Positions 9,605 to 17,414 of a stretch of 64,000 nt of DNA are shown here, in pieces. The notes under the pieces were generated by a model. It saw nothing but the letters and a program-made list of their open reading frames with translations. It had not been told where the DNA came from and did not search any database. The DNA lies in the NCBI GenBank assembly GCA_038734945.1, contig JAVYOA010000009.1, positions 310,001 to 374,000 on the forward strand, written 5' to 3'. A program made the translations under genes and the position numbers. Numbering within the stretch: the first letter of the stretch is position 1; the number at the start of each line of letters is the position of its first letter. Source of the DNA: Fervidicoccaceae archaeon. GTDB taxonomy: Archaea; Thermoproteota; Thermoprotei_A; Sulfolobales; Fervidicoccaceae.

Positions 9605-11140
9605 TCACCGTTCCAAAATATGTCTAATAGCTTTGCGCAAGGGATCTATTGATAAGTAGGAAAGTAACAAGAATATAAACACGTAGAGCAATGTAACTAG
9701 CGTTTTGAATTTATCGAAAAACTGTGGAAAAAGCTCACTATTACCGAGGTTGTTCAGAGCATTATTAAAAGAATTAAAAAAATTCCATGTGTTGTTGTCC
9801 AAATTTGCCATTAATGTGATTTCACCATAAAACTCCATATTACTCGAATCATTATAAATTAGCTTTGTTTTAATTAGCCTCTGAAGTACTAATTTTTCTT
9901 CGCCTGACCCCTCTACAATATAGTAATATACCCTTCCATAATTATCCTGGTTGCTCCATTCCTGCTTAATTATATAATTCTCAAGTTCAAGAATCGTTTT
10001 TGCATCATACAATTTATTTGGAGTTCTGGACAAGCTCAATATCCCCTTATATACATTGGAACCATTTCCTGCACTAAACTCGCTCAAAATAGCGTCTTCA
10101 ATCCCATCGTTATATATATACGAATATTCATTTACTGTAATAATTCCGATCTTTTCAAATATGATTGCCGTGGAATTATTCATGAACTGTTCCTCGCCGC
10201 TTAATCTAACTTCTATTCCACTGTTCAATGGTGAATTAATGAGAAAAGTTTGTGTTATGATAATGAGCGAGATTAAGGAAGCGAAAACAATAACTATAGA
10301 TAAAATAAATGATAATAAATTATCCTTTTCATCAATTTTCTCTCCGAGATAAGAGAACTTAATTATTTTTCGATTAATTATCAGAACCAGAAGAACGGAG
10401 ACAAGTGAGTAAATTAAAGTCGACGATAGCATTTTTCCCAAAATTCCCATTTCTACATTTTGAATGTAAAGAACTGTTCTAATTAAATCTCCAGCGAATC
10501 CTATAACTGTTGCCATTATCAACAAAGCAGTAATGCGTAAGATATTTCTGTAGCTGATTTTTTCATTGTACATGACAGCTATAACTATTGGAGTAACTGA
10601 TAGTACCGAGCCAATTAGCGATAACCCAGGACTCAGGAGCAATAAATTCAATGTGCTGAATTTGGTAATTGATATAAAAAAGCTAAGAAATACCCCTGAA
10701 ATTGATGGAGGTATAGGAACTGTACATAGAAGAATCAATAGGACTGCTATCATTTGAACTATATTTTTAAAGTCGAATATTAGGGCAATCATCGCAAATA
10801 CAAACAGTATGAAGCTTATACCATCGTACTGTAAAAGGTATTGCTCATTGCTATAGCCCATTTGATAAAAAATTAAAGCTAATAGAGAAAGCACTATGAA
10901 CAAAAGAATTCTGCTAACCCTAATTCTTGATGAAACCCCAATTCTACTCAGTATATGAAATATAGATAAATAAGCAGTGAAGTAGCATACAATGAGATAG
11001 CTTTCGGTAAAGCTGAGAAATATAAATCTAAAATATGACGAATAGGTCTGTAAAACATATTGTAAAATTCCTCCAGCATATATTGCTAAAGCTGTTAGAG
11101 CTAACAATTGTTGGGCCGATTTTTTATTTGCGAAAGCCAA
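9605..11140 (-). CDS. Exosortase/archaeosortase-like membrane protein (catalytic residues apparently degenerate) with C-terminal extracellular domain
   Basis: About 8 TMs with TVPIP and GDLIR (cf. exosortase xPxP and NxxR), followed by a soluble domain and terminal TM. Confidence 0.5.
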   Translation of the reverse strand: MAFANKKSAQQLLALTALAIYAGGILQYVLQTYSSYFRFIFLSFTESYLIVCYFTAYLSIFHILSRIGVSSRIRVSRILLFIVLSLLALIFYQMGYSNEQYLLQYDGISFILFVFAMIALIFDFKNIVQMIAVLLILLCTVPIPPSISGVFLSFFISITKFSTLNLLLLSPGLSLIGSVLSVTPIVIAVMYNEKISYRNILRITALLIMATVIGFAGDLIRTVLYIQNVEMGILGKMLSSTLIYSLVSVLLVLIINRKIIKFSYLGEKIDEKDNLLSFILSIVIVFASLISLIIITQTFLINSPLNSGIEVRLSGEEQFMNNSTAIIFEKIGIITVNEYSYIYNDGIEDAILSEFSAGNGSNVYKGILSLSRTPNKLYDAKTILELENYIIKQEWSNQDNYGRVYYYIVEGSGEEKLVLQRLIKTKLIYNDSSNMEFYGEITLMANLDNNTWNFFNSFNNALNNLGNSELFPQFFDKFKTLVTLLYVFIFLLLSYLSIDPLRKAIRHILER

Positions 11141-11352
11141 GATTGATATACCTCTAACTTCTGATGCTTTTTGATTAAATACTTAATAAAATGTTGATTA
11201 TACAAATGTTTTAAAATGTAATTTAATATCAGAAAAATATAAAGCTATTAATGTTTTTAATAACAATGAAAAGAATCTGTTAAAATATCCTATTCATTTT
11301 GCCATAAGTCTCTAACAGCTAAGTTTTTTTATGAGAAGTTTATAAAATTACC

Positions 11353-12276
11353 TTACTTTTGTTCCATTCTCTGAAGAATTAGTTTTCTAATTCTTAATTC
11401 CATTCTCTTCAGATAGAGAGTTAGAATCCCTAGCAACATTGCGTTGAATCCCGCAGATGTGAGAACTAAAGCAGCTATTCCTTTAATGAAATAGTTTACT
11501 CCTTCAAAAATATAATGATATGTTACATATAGTCCTAGAGCTATTCCAGGTAACAATAGTGAACTTGCTATCATTAACATGAAAAATATTGGATTGTATC
11601 TCCATGTCATCTTAACTAAATCCATAGCTATGTGGAATCCATCGAGAACTTTCAGCTTCTTTTTACCTATTCTCGGTCTATATTCAATTGGTATTTCACA
11701 TATTTCAAGAGAGTTTCCTGCTATATGTGAAGCAATTTCAATTTCTATGCCAAAACCTCTCGTTTCGTACAATATATCTTTTAGCTGATTTATATTTACT
11801 AAATAAATGCCCGATAGCACATCTCGCAATCTCGTTCCGTATAAAATATTGAACATTTCTGTGATTATTTTATTACCTATTCTGTTTATAAACGGTATAT
11901 TCTCTCTTCCCCGAACTCTAGCTCCTATAACTTCAACGCAGTTCTTTCTTTGTGCAGTTTCCAGCAAATAAGGAATGTATTTAGCTGGATATGTATAATC
12001 ACCATCCATAACTATAGCGTATTTTGTATCAGCTAGGCTCAATCCCTTTTTTACAGCATCAGCTTTTCCTTTCCCATCTTGGTATATGATTCGTACTTCC
12101 AAGTCTTTTGCTATCTTATCTGTTCCATCTGTGCTACGTCCATCCACAATTATTATGTTATTTTTAGGGATCCCCACTTCAAACAATTCTTTTAGAACCA
12201 GGCCTATACTTTCTTTTTCATTTAATGTTGGTATAATTACCGTTAATTGTGACAAATCAAAATTAATGTTTATCAC
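11353..12276 (-). CDS. GT2 glycosyltransferase, dolichol-phosphate sugar synthase-like, with two C-terminal TMs
   Basis: IIPTLNE, VDGRSTDGT, GKADA, MDGDYTYP, EIPIEYRPRIG. Confidence 0.9.
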   Translation of the reverse strand: MININFDLSQLTVIIPTLNEKESIGLVLKELFEVGIPKNNIIIVDGRSTDGTDKIAKDLEVRIIYQDGKGKADAVKKGLSLADTKYAIVMDGDYTYPAKYIPYLLETAQRKNCVEVIGARVRGRENIPFINRIGNKIITEMFNILYGTRLRDVLSGIYLVNINQLKDILYETRGFGIEIEIASHIAGNSLEICEIPIEYRPRIGKKKLKVLDGFHIAMDLVKMTWRYNPIFFMLMIASSLLLPGIALGLYVTYHYIFEGVNYFIKGIAALVLTSAGFNAMLLGILTLYLKRMELRIRKLILQRMEQK

Positions 12277-12318
12277 CCTGGTCCTTCAGTGAAATAGTTA
12301 ATAGGAGCTGAACTATTA

Positions 12319-12771
12319 ATGAATATTAAAAGAAAGATAAGAATATATTCATTAATACTGCTAATTGTTACAATGTTAGGGAACGCTGTTGTCATATCTT
12401 CATCTGCAAACTCTGAGAATTACCTTCAGCACATTGAATCAATCGTTGTTAAATTAGAAAAAGCTAGTGAAGAAGGTCTGAATACCAGCAAAGTGGAACA
12501 ATATTTAAACAATGCTTTGAGTCTTTTAAGCAATGGAAATCTTACTACCATTGAGGAAAATTGGGTCAATAATAATTTAACCCTGGCTGATGAAGAATTG
12601 AATTCACTAACTAGTAATCTAAATTCATATGTGTTTTGGAAAAACGTAAAACTTATCCTGACTATAGGATTAATTGCTTCGATTCCTATTTTAACTTACT
12701 TATTTCTTCCCAGAATATGGGCTTACGCGTGGTTTAAAACAAGGAGAAAATGGATTGTCAAGAAAAAGTAA
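12319..12771 (+). CDS. Hypothetical exported protein with C-terminal TM and basic tail
   Basis: Signal peptide, helical Asn-rich core, TM then KTRRKWIVKKK. Confidence 0.65.
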   Translation: MNIKRKIRIYSLILLIVTMLGNAVVISSSANSENYLQHIESIVVKLEKASEEGLNTSKVEQYLNNALSLLSNGNLTTIEENWVNNNLTLADEELNSLTSNLNSYVFWKNVKLILTIGLIASIPILTYLFLPRIWAYAWFKTRRKWIVKKK

Positions 12772-13141
12772 TTCTTTTTCTTATAAGTTTACTTATCGCA
12801 AAGCACATAAAACTATTAAGGATTATCTTGTCGTTTTCAATATGATGCAATCCTCTAAATGAAAAATAATAATAGTATTAAAAATTCTAAGTTTCATACC
12901 AATCTAAAAAATCTGTTGAAATTATTTCGCCCTAATAGAGCAGCGATATTTCTATGCTCATGAAGAATATTCGCAGATACTATCAAGGTTCTTGTCTAAT
13001 ATGCTAATTTCTTTTGAGTTTAAAGGGGTAAAAGCCGTGAAAATTAGAGTTCAGCTAAATTATAGTGATCAAAGCCTTTTAATCCAAAAATCCGTGCTTC
13101 TCGAGTAAAAGGAAGTTAGCTATTAATTTGAATGAAGTACG

Positions 13142-13217
13142 CGGGCCCGCCGGGATTTGAACCCGGGATCTCCGGCTCCGGAGGCCGGTGCCTTAATCCT
13201 GGCTGGGCTACGGGCCC
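13142..13217 (-). tRNA. tRNA-Arg(CCG)
   Basis: Reverse complement GGGCCCG-TAGCCCAGCCAGGATTAAGGCA-CCGGC-CTCCGGA-GCCGG-AGATC-CCGGG-TTCAAAT-CCCGG-CGGGCCC-G; no encoded CCA. Confidence 0.97.
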
Positions 13218-14389
13218 TGCATGCAGAGCTCACTTCTTTCTATTATTTCTGCATTATTGATGACTTCTCCTTTTATCTCGTCTCTCAACCGAAGTTCCTC
13301 ATATATTTCAGATAGCCTTTTCGGATCAACCGAAGTGCTAGCCTTTGTTCCTGAGATAGCACAGAACTCTGGCATCATGCTACTGTGCTCGTAAGTTCCA
13401 ATCTTTCTAGCTAAGTCAATTATTTCAACCTTGTCCATACCTATAAGAGGCCTGAGAACTGGAATACTGACAAACTGCTCTGTAGCAAATAAGTTGTCCA
13501 GGGTCTGACTTGAGACCTGTGCAAGGCTCTCTCCAGTAACTATTGCTTTTGCCTTCTCTCTCTCAGCAATAATTTCTCCCCCCATGTACATTGAAGCCTT
13601 CAGAGCAACCGTCCTAAAACCCTCAGGAAATTTATCCAGATATGGGAATATCCATCTATGTTCAATAATGAAAACTTTGGAATTGTAGCCATATCCCCAA
13701 TTGCAGAGTAGCTTTCTCACAGTCTTCAGAAAGACCTCCTTTTGAAGCTTTCCTCCTATGTTGAAGAAAACAATGTCCGCTTTTGCACCTCTTCTCATAA
13801 TCATCCAAGCAGCAACAGGAGAATCAAACCCCCCAGAAACCAGAGCAATTACCTTTCCATCCGTTCCAAGAGGTAGGCCTCCAGGTCCCCTTATATTTTC
13901 GGCATAAACTAGAAAGATACCTCCTCTTGCCTCAGTCCAGATACTAACTTCAGGGTTCTCCAGATCTACCTTTTTAGCGCCTCTCCTTAGAAGCTCAGAG
14001 CCGAGCTCTCTTTCGATGTCTTTGCTATTGAACCTCTCCTCATATGCCCTCCTGCCCCTCACCATAAATATCTTTCCTTTCACATCCTCTTCGACAATAT
14101 TAGCAACCTTTGAAACAAGATCTCTCAAATCGCTATATTCTCCCCTATGGGCTCTGCTCACCCCTGTAACTCCAAATACTCTTGAAATCACTTCTGCCTC
14201 TCTCCCATCTTCGGATATTCCATCAACAATGATCCTTCCTGGATGCACTTTTACTTTAGCATCCATGAAGCCGTTTTCCTTCAGAGCTGTCTCTATATTT
14301 TTAGCCAGAATCGTCTGCATCCTCCTTCTCGCTATTTTTCCCTTTATGCCAATTTCTCCGAATTTAACCAGTATAACATTGAATTTCAA
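13208..14389 (-). CDS. thiI: tRNA 4-thiouridine(8) synthase ThiI (THUMP + PP-loop, no rhodanese domain)
   Basis: GEIGIKG, GPGGLPLG, LVSGGFDSPVA, TGESLAQVSSQT, RPLIGMDK. Confidence 0.95.
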   Translation of the reverse strand: MKFNVILVKFGEIGIKGKIARRRMQTILAKNIETALKENGFMDAKVKVHPGRIIVDGISEDGREAEVISRVFGVTGVSRAHRGEYSDLRDLVSKVANIVEEDVKGKIFMVRGRRAYEERFNSKDIERELGSELLRRGAKKVDLENPEVSIWTEARGGIFLVYAENIRGPGGLPLGTDGKVIALVSGGFDSPVAAWMIMRRGAKADIVFFNIGGKLQKEVFLKTVRKLLCNWGYGYNSKVFIIEHRWIFPYLDKFPEGFRTVALKASMYMGGEIIAEREKAKAIVTGESLAQVSSQTLDNLFATEQFVSIPVLRPLIGMDKVEIIDLARKIGTYEHSSMMPEFCAISGTKASTSVDPKRLSEIYEELRLRDEIKGEVINNAEIIERSELCMQGP

Positions 14390-14529
14390 GTTCTTACCCT
14401 CTATATGTGAAAATAAATAGCCAAGCTAATAAACCGAAATATTTTCTTCGTTTGAGATAGAATTTAAGAGAAAAAGTTACTTTAACTTAAAAACTTCTCC
14501 TCTTTATGACGGAGATGATGAGGTAAGGC

Positions 14530-14536
14530 TTATAAG
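14530..14536 (+). promoter_or_regulatory. Putative archaeal TATA box upstream of structured element
   Basis: TTATAAG about 30 nt before the structured region starting near 14567. Confidence 0.45.
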
Positions 14537-14566
14537 CTCTATATTCTCTAGCATGTATCGAGAAAA

Positions 14567-14720
14567 CATTTCCCCGAGCTCTGCATTATGCAGGGTAGGG
14601 GCAATGCTTTCATACCTGGGGCAGAGCTTAAACCCAGCTCCAACTGGGAATGCAGCTCTAAGCCCCCCAAGGAACCCTGCACTTTAGTGCGGGAAGGAAA
14701 TCAGCTCAGTGGGGGAAATG
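14567..14720 (+). mobile_element. IS200/IS605-derived mini-element or TnpB omega-RNA-like structured RNA
   Basis: Hairpins at 14579-14595, 14615-14672 and 14676-14693; 3' end GGAACCCTGCACTTTAGTGCGGGAAGGAAATCAG has the guide/hairpin/TCAG layout of archaeal IS605 right ends; closing inverted repeat CATTTCCCC/GGGGAAATG. Confidence 0.6.
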
Positions 14721-14722
14721 AT

Positions 14723-15286
14723 TTGGAGCCAAGCAAAGATAAATCGGTGGCCCTTATAATAGTAGTGGGAACAGCCTCTCTCTTGCTCCTTCTTGGCCTT
14801 ATTGTAACTGCTTCACAGGTCGTCTGCCCCAGCTATATGCCTCTTTATTCGCAACCAGGATTGAAGCTTGTTTATAACATTACTATAAATCAAGGTGATT
14901 ACAAGCAGGAGGAGATGAGAATCGAAACCGTACTGGCTAGAAGTCTTGGAAACTACAGTGTTAACGTATCTGTCTACAACTTGACAAGTGGAATTGGACC
15001 TGCCACTGCAATATACAATGGTAACTTGACCTTCAGAATTGCTGAGGGACTGGGAATGGAGGAGCTAAACTTAGTGGATACAATGCTCCCCATTGGCATG
15101 CGAGAATTTACGGTTTCTGGAATAACTTTTATTGGTATAAGGTACTACGATCCCTCCAGTGGAGTTATAATTACAGCCGACCCAAATACTGGAATTATTC
15201 TGAGCATAGAATATTCAGGGCTTGGAATGTATTACTCTGCTAATCTTATCCAAATAGAAGAGGGGAACTCCTGCCATGCCTGGTAA
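14723..15286 (+). CDS. Hypothetical membrane-anchored exported protein
   Basis: Probable TTG start at 14723 after GTGGGGG SD; N-terminal TM; N-x-S/T sequons. Confidence 0.65.
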   Translation: MEPSKDKSVALIIVVGTASLLLLLGLIVTASQVVCPSYMPLYSQPGLKLVYNITINQGDYKQEEMRIETVLARSLGNYSVNVSVYNLTSGIGPATAIYNGNLTFRIAEGLGMEELNLVDTMLPIGMREFTVSGITFIGIRYYDPSSGVIITADPNTGIILSIEYSGLGMYYSANLIQIEEGNSCHAW

Positions 15287-15569
15287 AGCGAGAGTTCACA
15301 TCAGAGTTTATGGCAGAGTTCAAGGTGTTTTCTTCAGAGCCTTCGTTAAGTCTCATGCGGATAGGCTTGGAATAACAGGATGGGTAAAAAATGTTGAGGA
15401 TGGAAGTGTGGAAATTGTAGCAGAGGGGGAAGAGGACAAGTTGAAGGAGCTCATAGGCGAAGTTAGGAGAGGTCCTCCTTTAGCATTCGTTGAGAAAATT
15501 GAGGTAGATTGGGAAGATTATAGAGGAGAGTTTCATGACTTTCAAATTAAAAGGAGGCATGAATTCTGA
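15276..15569 (+). CDS. acyP: Acylphosphatase
   Basis: GRVQGVFFR, GWVKNVEDGSVE, GPPLA. Confidence 0.95.
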   Translation: MPGKARVHIRVYGRVQGVFFRAFVKSHADRLGITGWVKNVEDGSVEIVAEGEEDKLKELIGEVRRGPPLAFVEKIEVDWEDYRGEFHDFQIKRRHEF

Positions 15570-15600
15570 TATTCGTTTTCAATCATTCGCACGCTCTTAT

Positions 15601-15815
15601 CTAATCTTACAACAAAACCCCAAGCTTGCACATGGAGGCGAATTGTTTAATTTTAAATGTCCAAAATTCAAGTGAATTTTGATTCCTCTCATGCTGAACG
15701 GGATCAATGTAATGTATTTGCCATGCTTCAGAAAGGAATACGACAGGGATTTAAATGCATGTATTAATATAACTTATTTGCTAGAATCCCCTCGCTGCAG
15801 CGAGGGATAGTTCAC
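15601..15815 (+). mobile_element. Non-autonomous IS200/IS605 (tnpB-derived) mini-element, copy 1
   Basis: Preceded by TTAT; encodes remnant EYDRDLNACINI (TnpB RuvC-III motif, 15736-15771); ends GAAT-hairpin-TAGTTCAC; homologous to 57064-57272 on the minus strand. Confidence 0.8.
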
Positions 15816-15852
15816 ATGAAGAACGGATAAAATTAATTGCAAGGAGGTAAGA

Positions 15853-16488
15853 TTGTTGCCAATACCACCATCAATATATAACATTTTAGGAATAGTTGGG
15901 ATTTCCGTTGTAATATTCGTCATCGGAATAATCATAGGGAAAGCGCTTGGGTGGGCAATTAGAAACCTGATAGAGAAGATTGGGATGAATGAGTGGATAG
16001 AGAAGTTCGCAATAGGGAGAGCAATTGCTAAATCTGGCTACAAGCCAAGCGATTTCTTTGGGAAAATAGCTTCTTGGACAGTCTATGCTACTACAGTAGT
16101 CCTCGCACTATACACTACAACCTCCTTCTTGGATCTTGCTGAGGCTAGCATATTGCTGAGAACGATTCTCGTAGTCTACATTGGAGGATTCGTCAAGGCC
16201 TTCCTAATAATCATCACAGGATTTCTTCTCGTAGATTCCTTTATTGGATACCTCTACAAGAGCTCACAGGTTGAGTCAGAGCTAGAATTTCTTGGTCCTA
16301 TAGCAGAGTATCTTAGGATTCTTTTGTACATAATAACAGTAGTATTCGCGCTGGAGCAAGGAGGAATACAAATAGCTTTCCTGAGCAGCATGCTATCACC
16401 AATTCTTTGGGGCATAACTCTGGTTATGGTTATAGTTATACTGGCTCGTTCTCTCTCGAAGCATTTCAAATGCAGCGCTCCTCAATAG
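15853..16488 (+). CDS. Membrane protein with MscS-associated TM-helix repeats (CmpX-like)
   Basis: IFVIGIIIGK...LIEKIGMNEW...DFFGKIASW and second repeat AEYLRILLYI..ALEQGGI. Confidence 0.65.
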   Translation: MLPIPPSIYNILGIVGISVVIFVIGIIIGKALGWAIRNLIEKIGMNEWIEKFAIGRAIAKSGYKPSDFFGKIASWTVYATTVVLALYTTTSFLDLAEASILLRTILVVYIGGFVKAFLIIITGFLLVDSFIGYLYKSSQVESELEFLGPIAEYLRILLYIITVVFALEQGGIQIAFLSSMLSPILWGITLVMVIVILARSLSKHFKCSAPQ

Positions 16489-16626
16489 CTCTCAACTTTT
16501 GCTTTATTCTAAAAATGCCTCTAACCACGAAGCCCGATGCTTCTCCATAAACAATGATAACATAAATTTCATTATTAGAATAAAACAATTTTATCTCCCC
16601 TTTGAAAGAAGCCTATGGTAATTACC

Positions 16627-17355
16627 ATGAAATTTGAAGGAATTACATTTGATCTTTGGTATACGCTTATCTATGAGACTGAGGAAGAAGAGAAAAAGTA
16701 CCTAAGCATGAGGATAAAAGCTATAGAAAAAGGCCTAGAGGAACTAGGAATCAGCGTAGACGAAAATGCATTAACGAAGAGCTTTCTACACCTAGGGAAG
16801 TTTTCCCTATCAATTCGCTTCGATAGATTCATAAAACTAATAATTTCTTCTCTCGGTCTGTCTCTCTCTGCAAAAGACATCGAGACTATAGGAAGGATCT
16901 ACCTAAGCGAAATAGAGAAATACAGCTTTAAGCTGGGTCCTAGCGTTCCTGATATTTTAAGTGAGCTGAAGAAGATTGGAATGAAAATAGCAATCATCAG
17001 CAACACCTCAATTCCCGAGGTTGTTCTCTGGAAGATTCTCGACAAGCCAGGCATATCTCAATATGTGGATGCTATCATTTCTTCCTCTGATTTGGAGGTG
17101 GAGAAGCCAAATCCATTGATATTCGAGATCGCTCAAAAAAGGCTAGGTGTAGATGCCAGCAGGGCTCTTCACATCGGGGATTCCTGCATTGAGGATTACC
17201 TGGGAGCTCTTTCAGCAGGACAGAAAGCAGCACTTTACACAGGGCTCTATATTCACAGAAGGGAAAAGATTCCCCACGAACTTTGTCTAATGAACAGGAC
17301 TCCAGTAATCGAAAGGCTTACAGTTGAAGATATTTTCCTCAATAATGGACTCTGA
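16627..17355 (+). CDS. HAD-superfamily hydrolase
   Basis: FDLWYTL, IISNT, EKPNPLIF, HIGDS..D..GA. Confidence 0.9.
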   Translation: MKFEGITFDLWYTLIYETEEEEKKYLSMRIKAIEKGLEELGISVDENALTKSFLHLGKFSLSIRFDRFIKLIISSLGLSLSAKDIETIGRIYLSEIEKYSFKLGPSVPDILSELKKIGMKIAIISNTSIPEVVLWKILDKPGISQYVDAIISSSDLEVEKPNPLIFEIAQKRLGVDASRALHIGDSCIEDYLGALSAGQKAALYTGLYIHRREKIPHELCLMNRTPVIERLTVEDIFLNNGL

Positions 17356-17414
17356 AAAGAGAAAATTAATATAAAATAATACAAAAAAAGAGAAAACAAC
17401 ACCATTTCCTTCTC

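Noticed and set aside
12772..13140. 370-bp non-coding gap beside the tRNA as integrase pseudogene or CRISPR leader/array
   Set aside because: No recognisable motif, long ORF or regularly spaced repeat
14515..14521. ATGATGA as box C of an sRNA or part of a fluoride riboswitch
   Set aside because: No matching D/D' boxes or riboswitch pseudoknot downstream
14567..14720. RNase P RNA or SRP RNA
   Set aside because: Too short; lacks GAGGAAAGUCC-type P4 strands and the SRP helix-8 motif on either strand
14588..14722. N-terminal 45 aa of ORF 14588-15286
   Set aside because: Runs through the structured element; the SD and signal-anchor position favour TTG 14723
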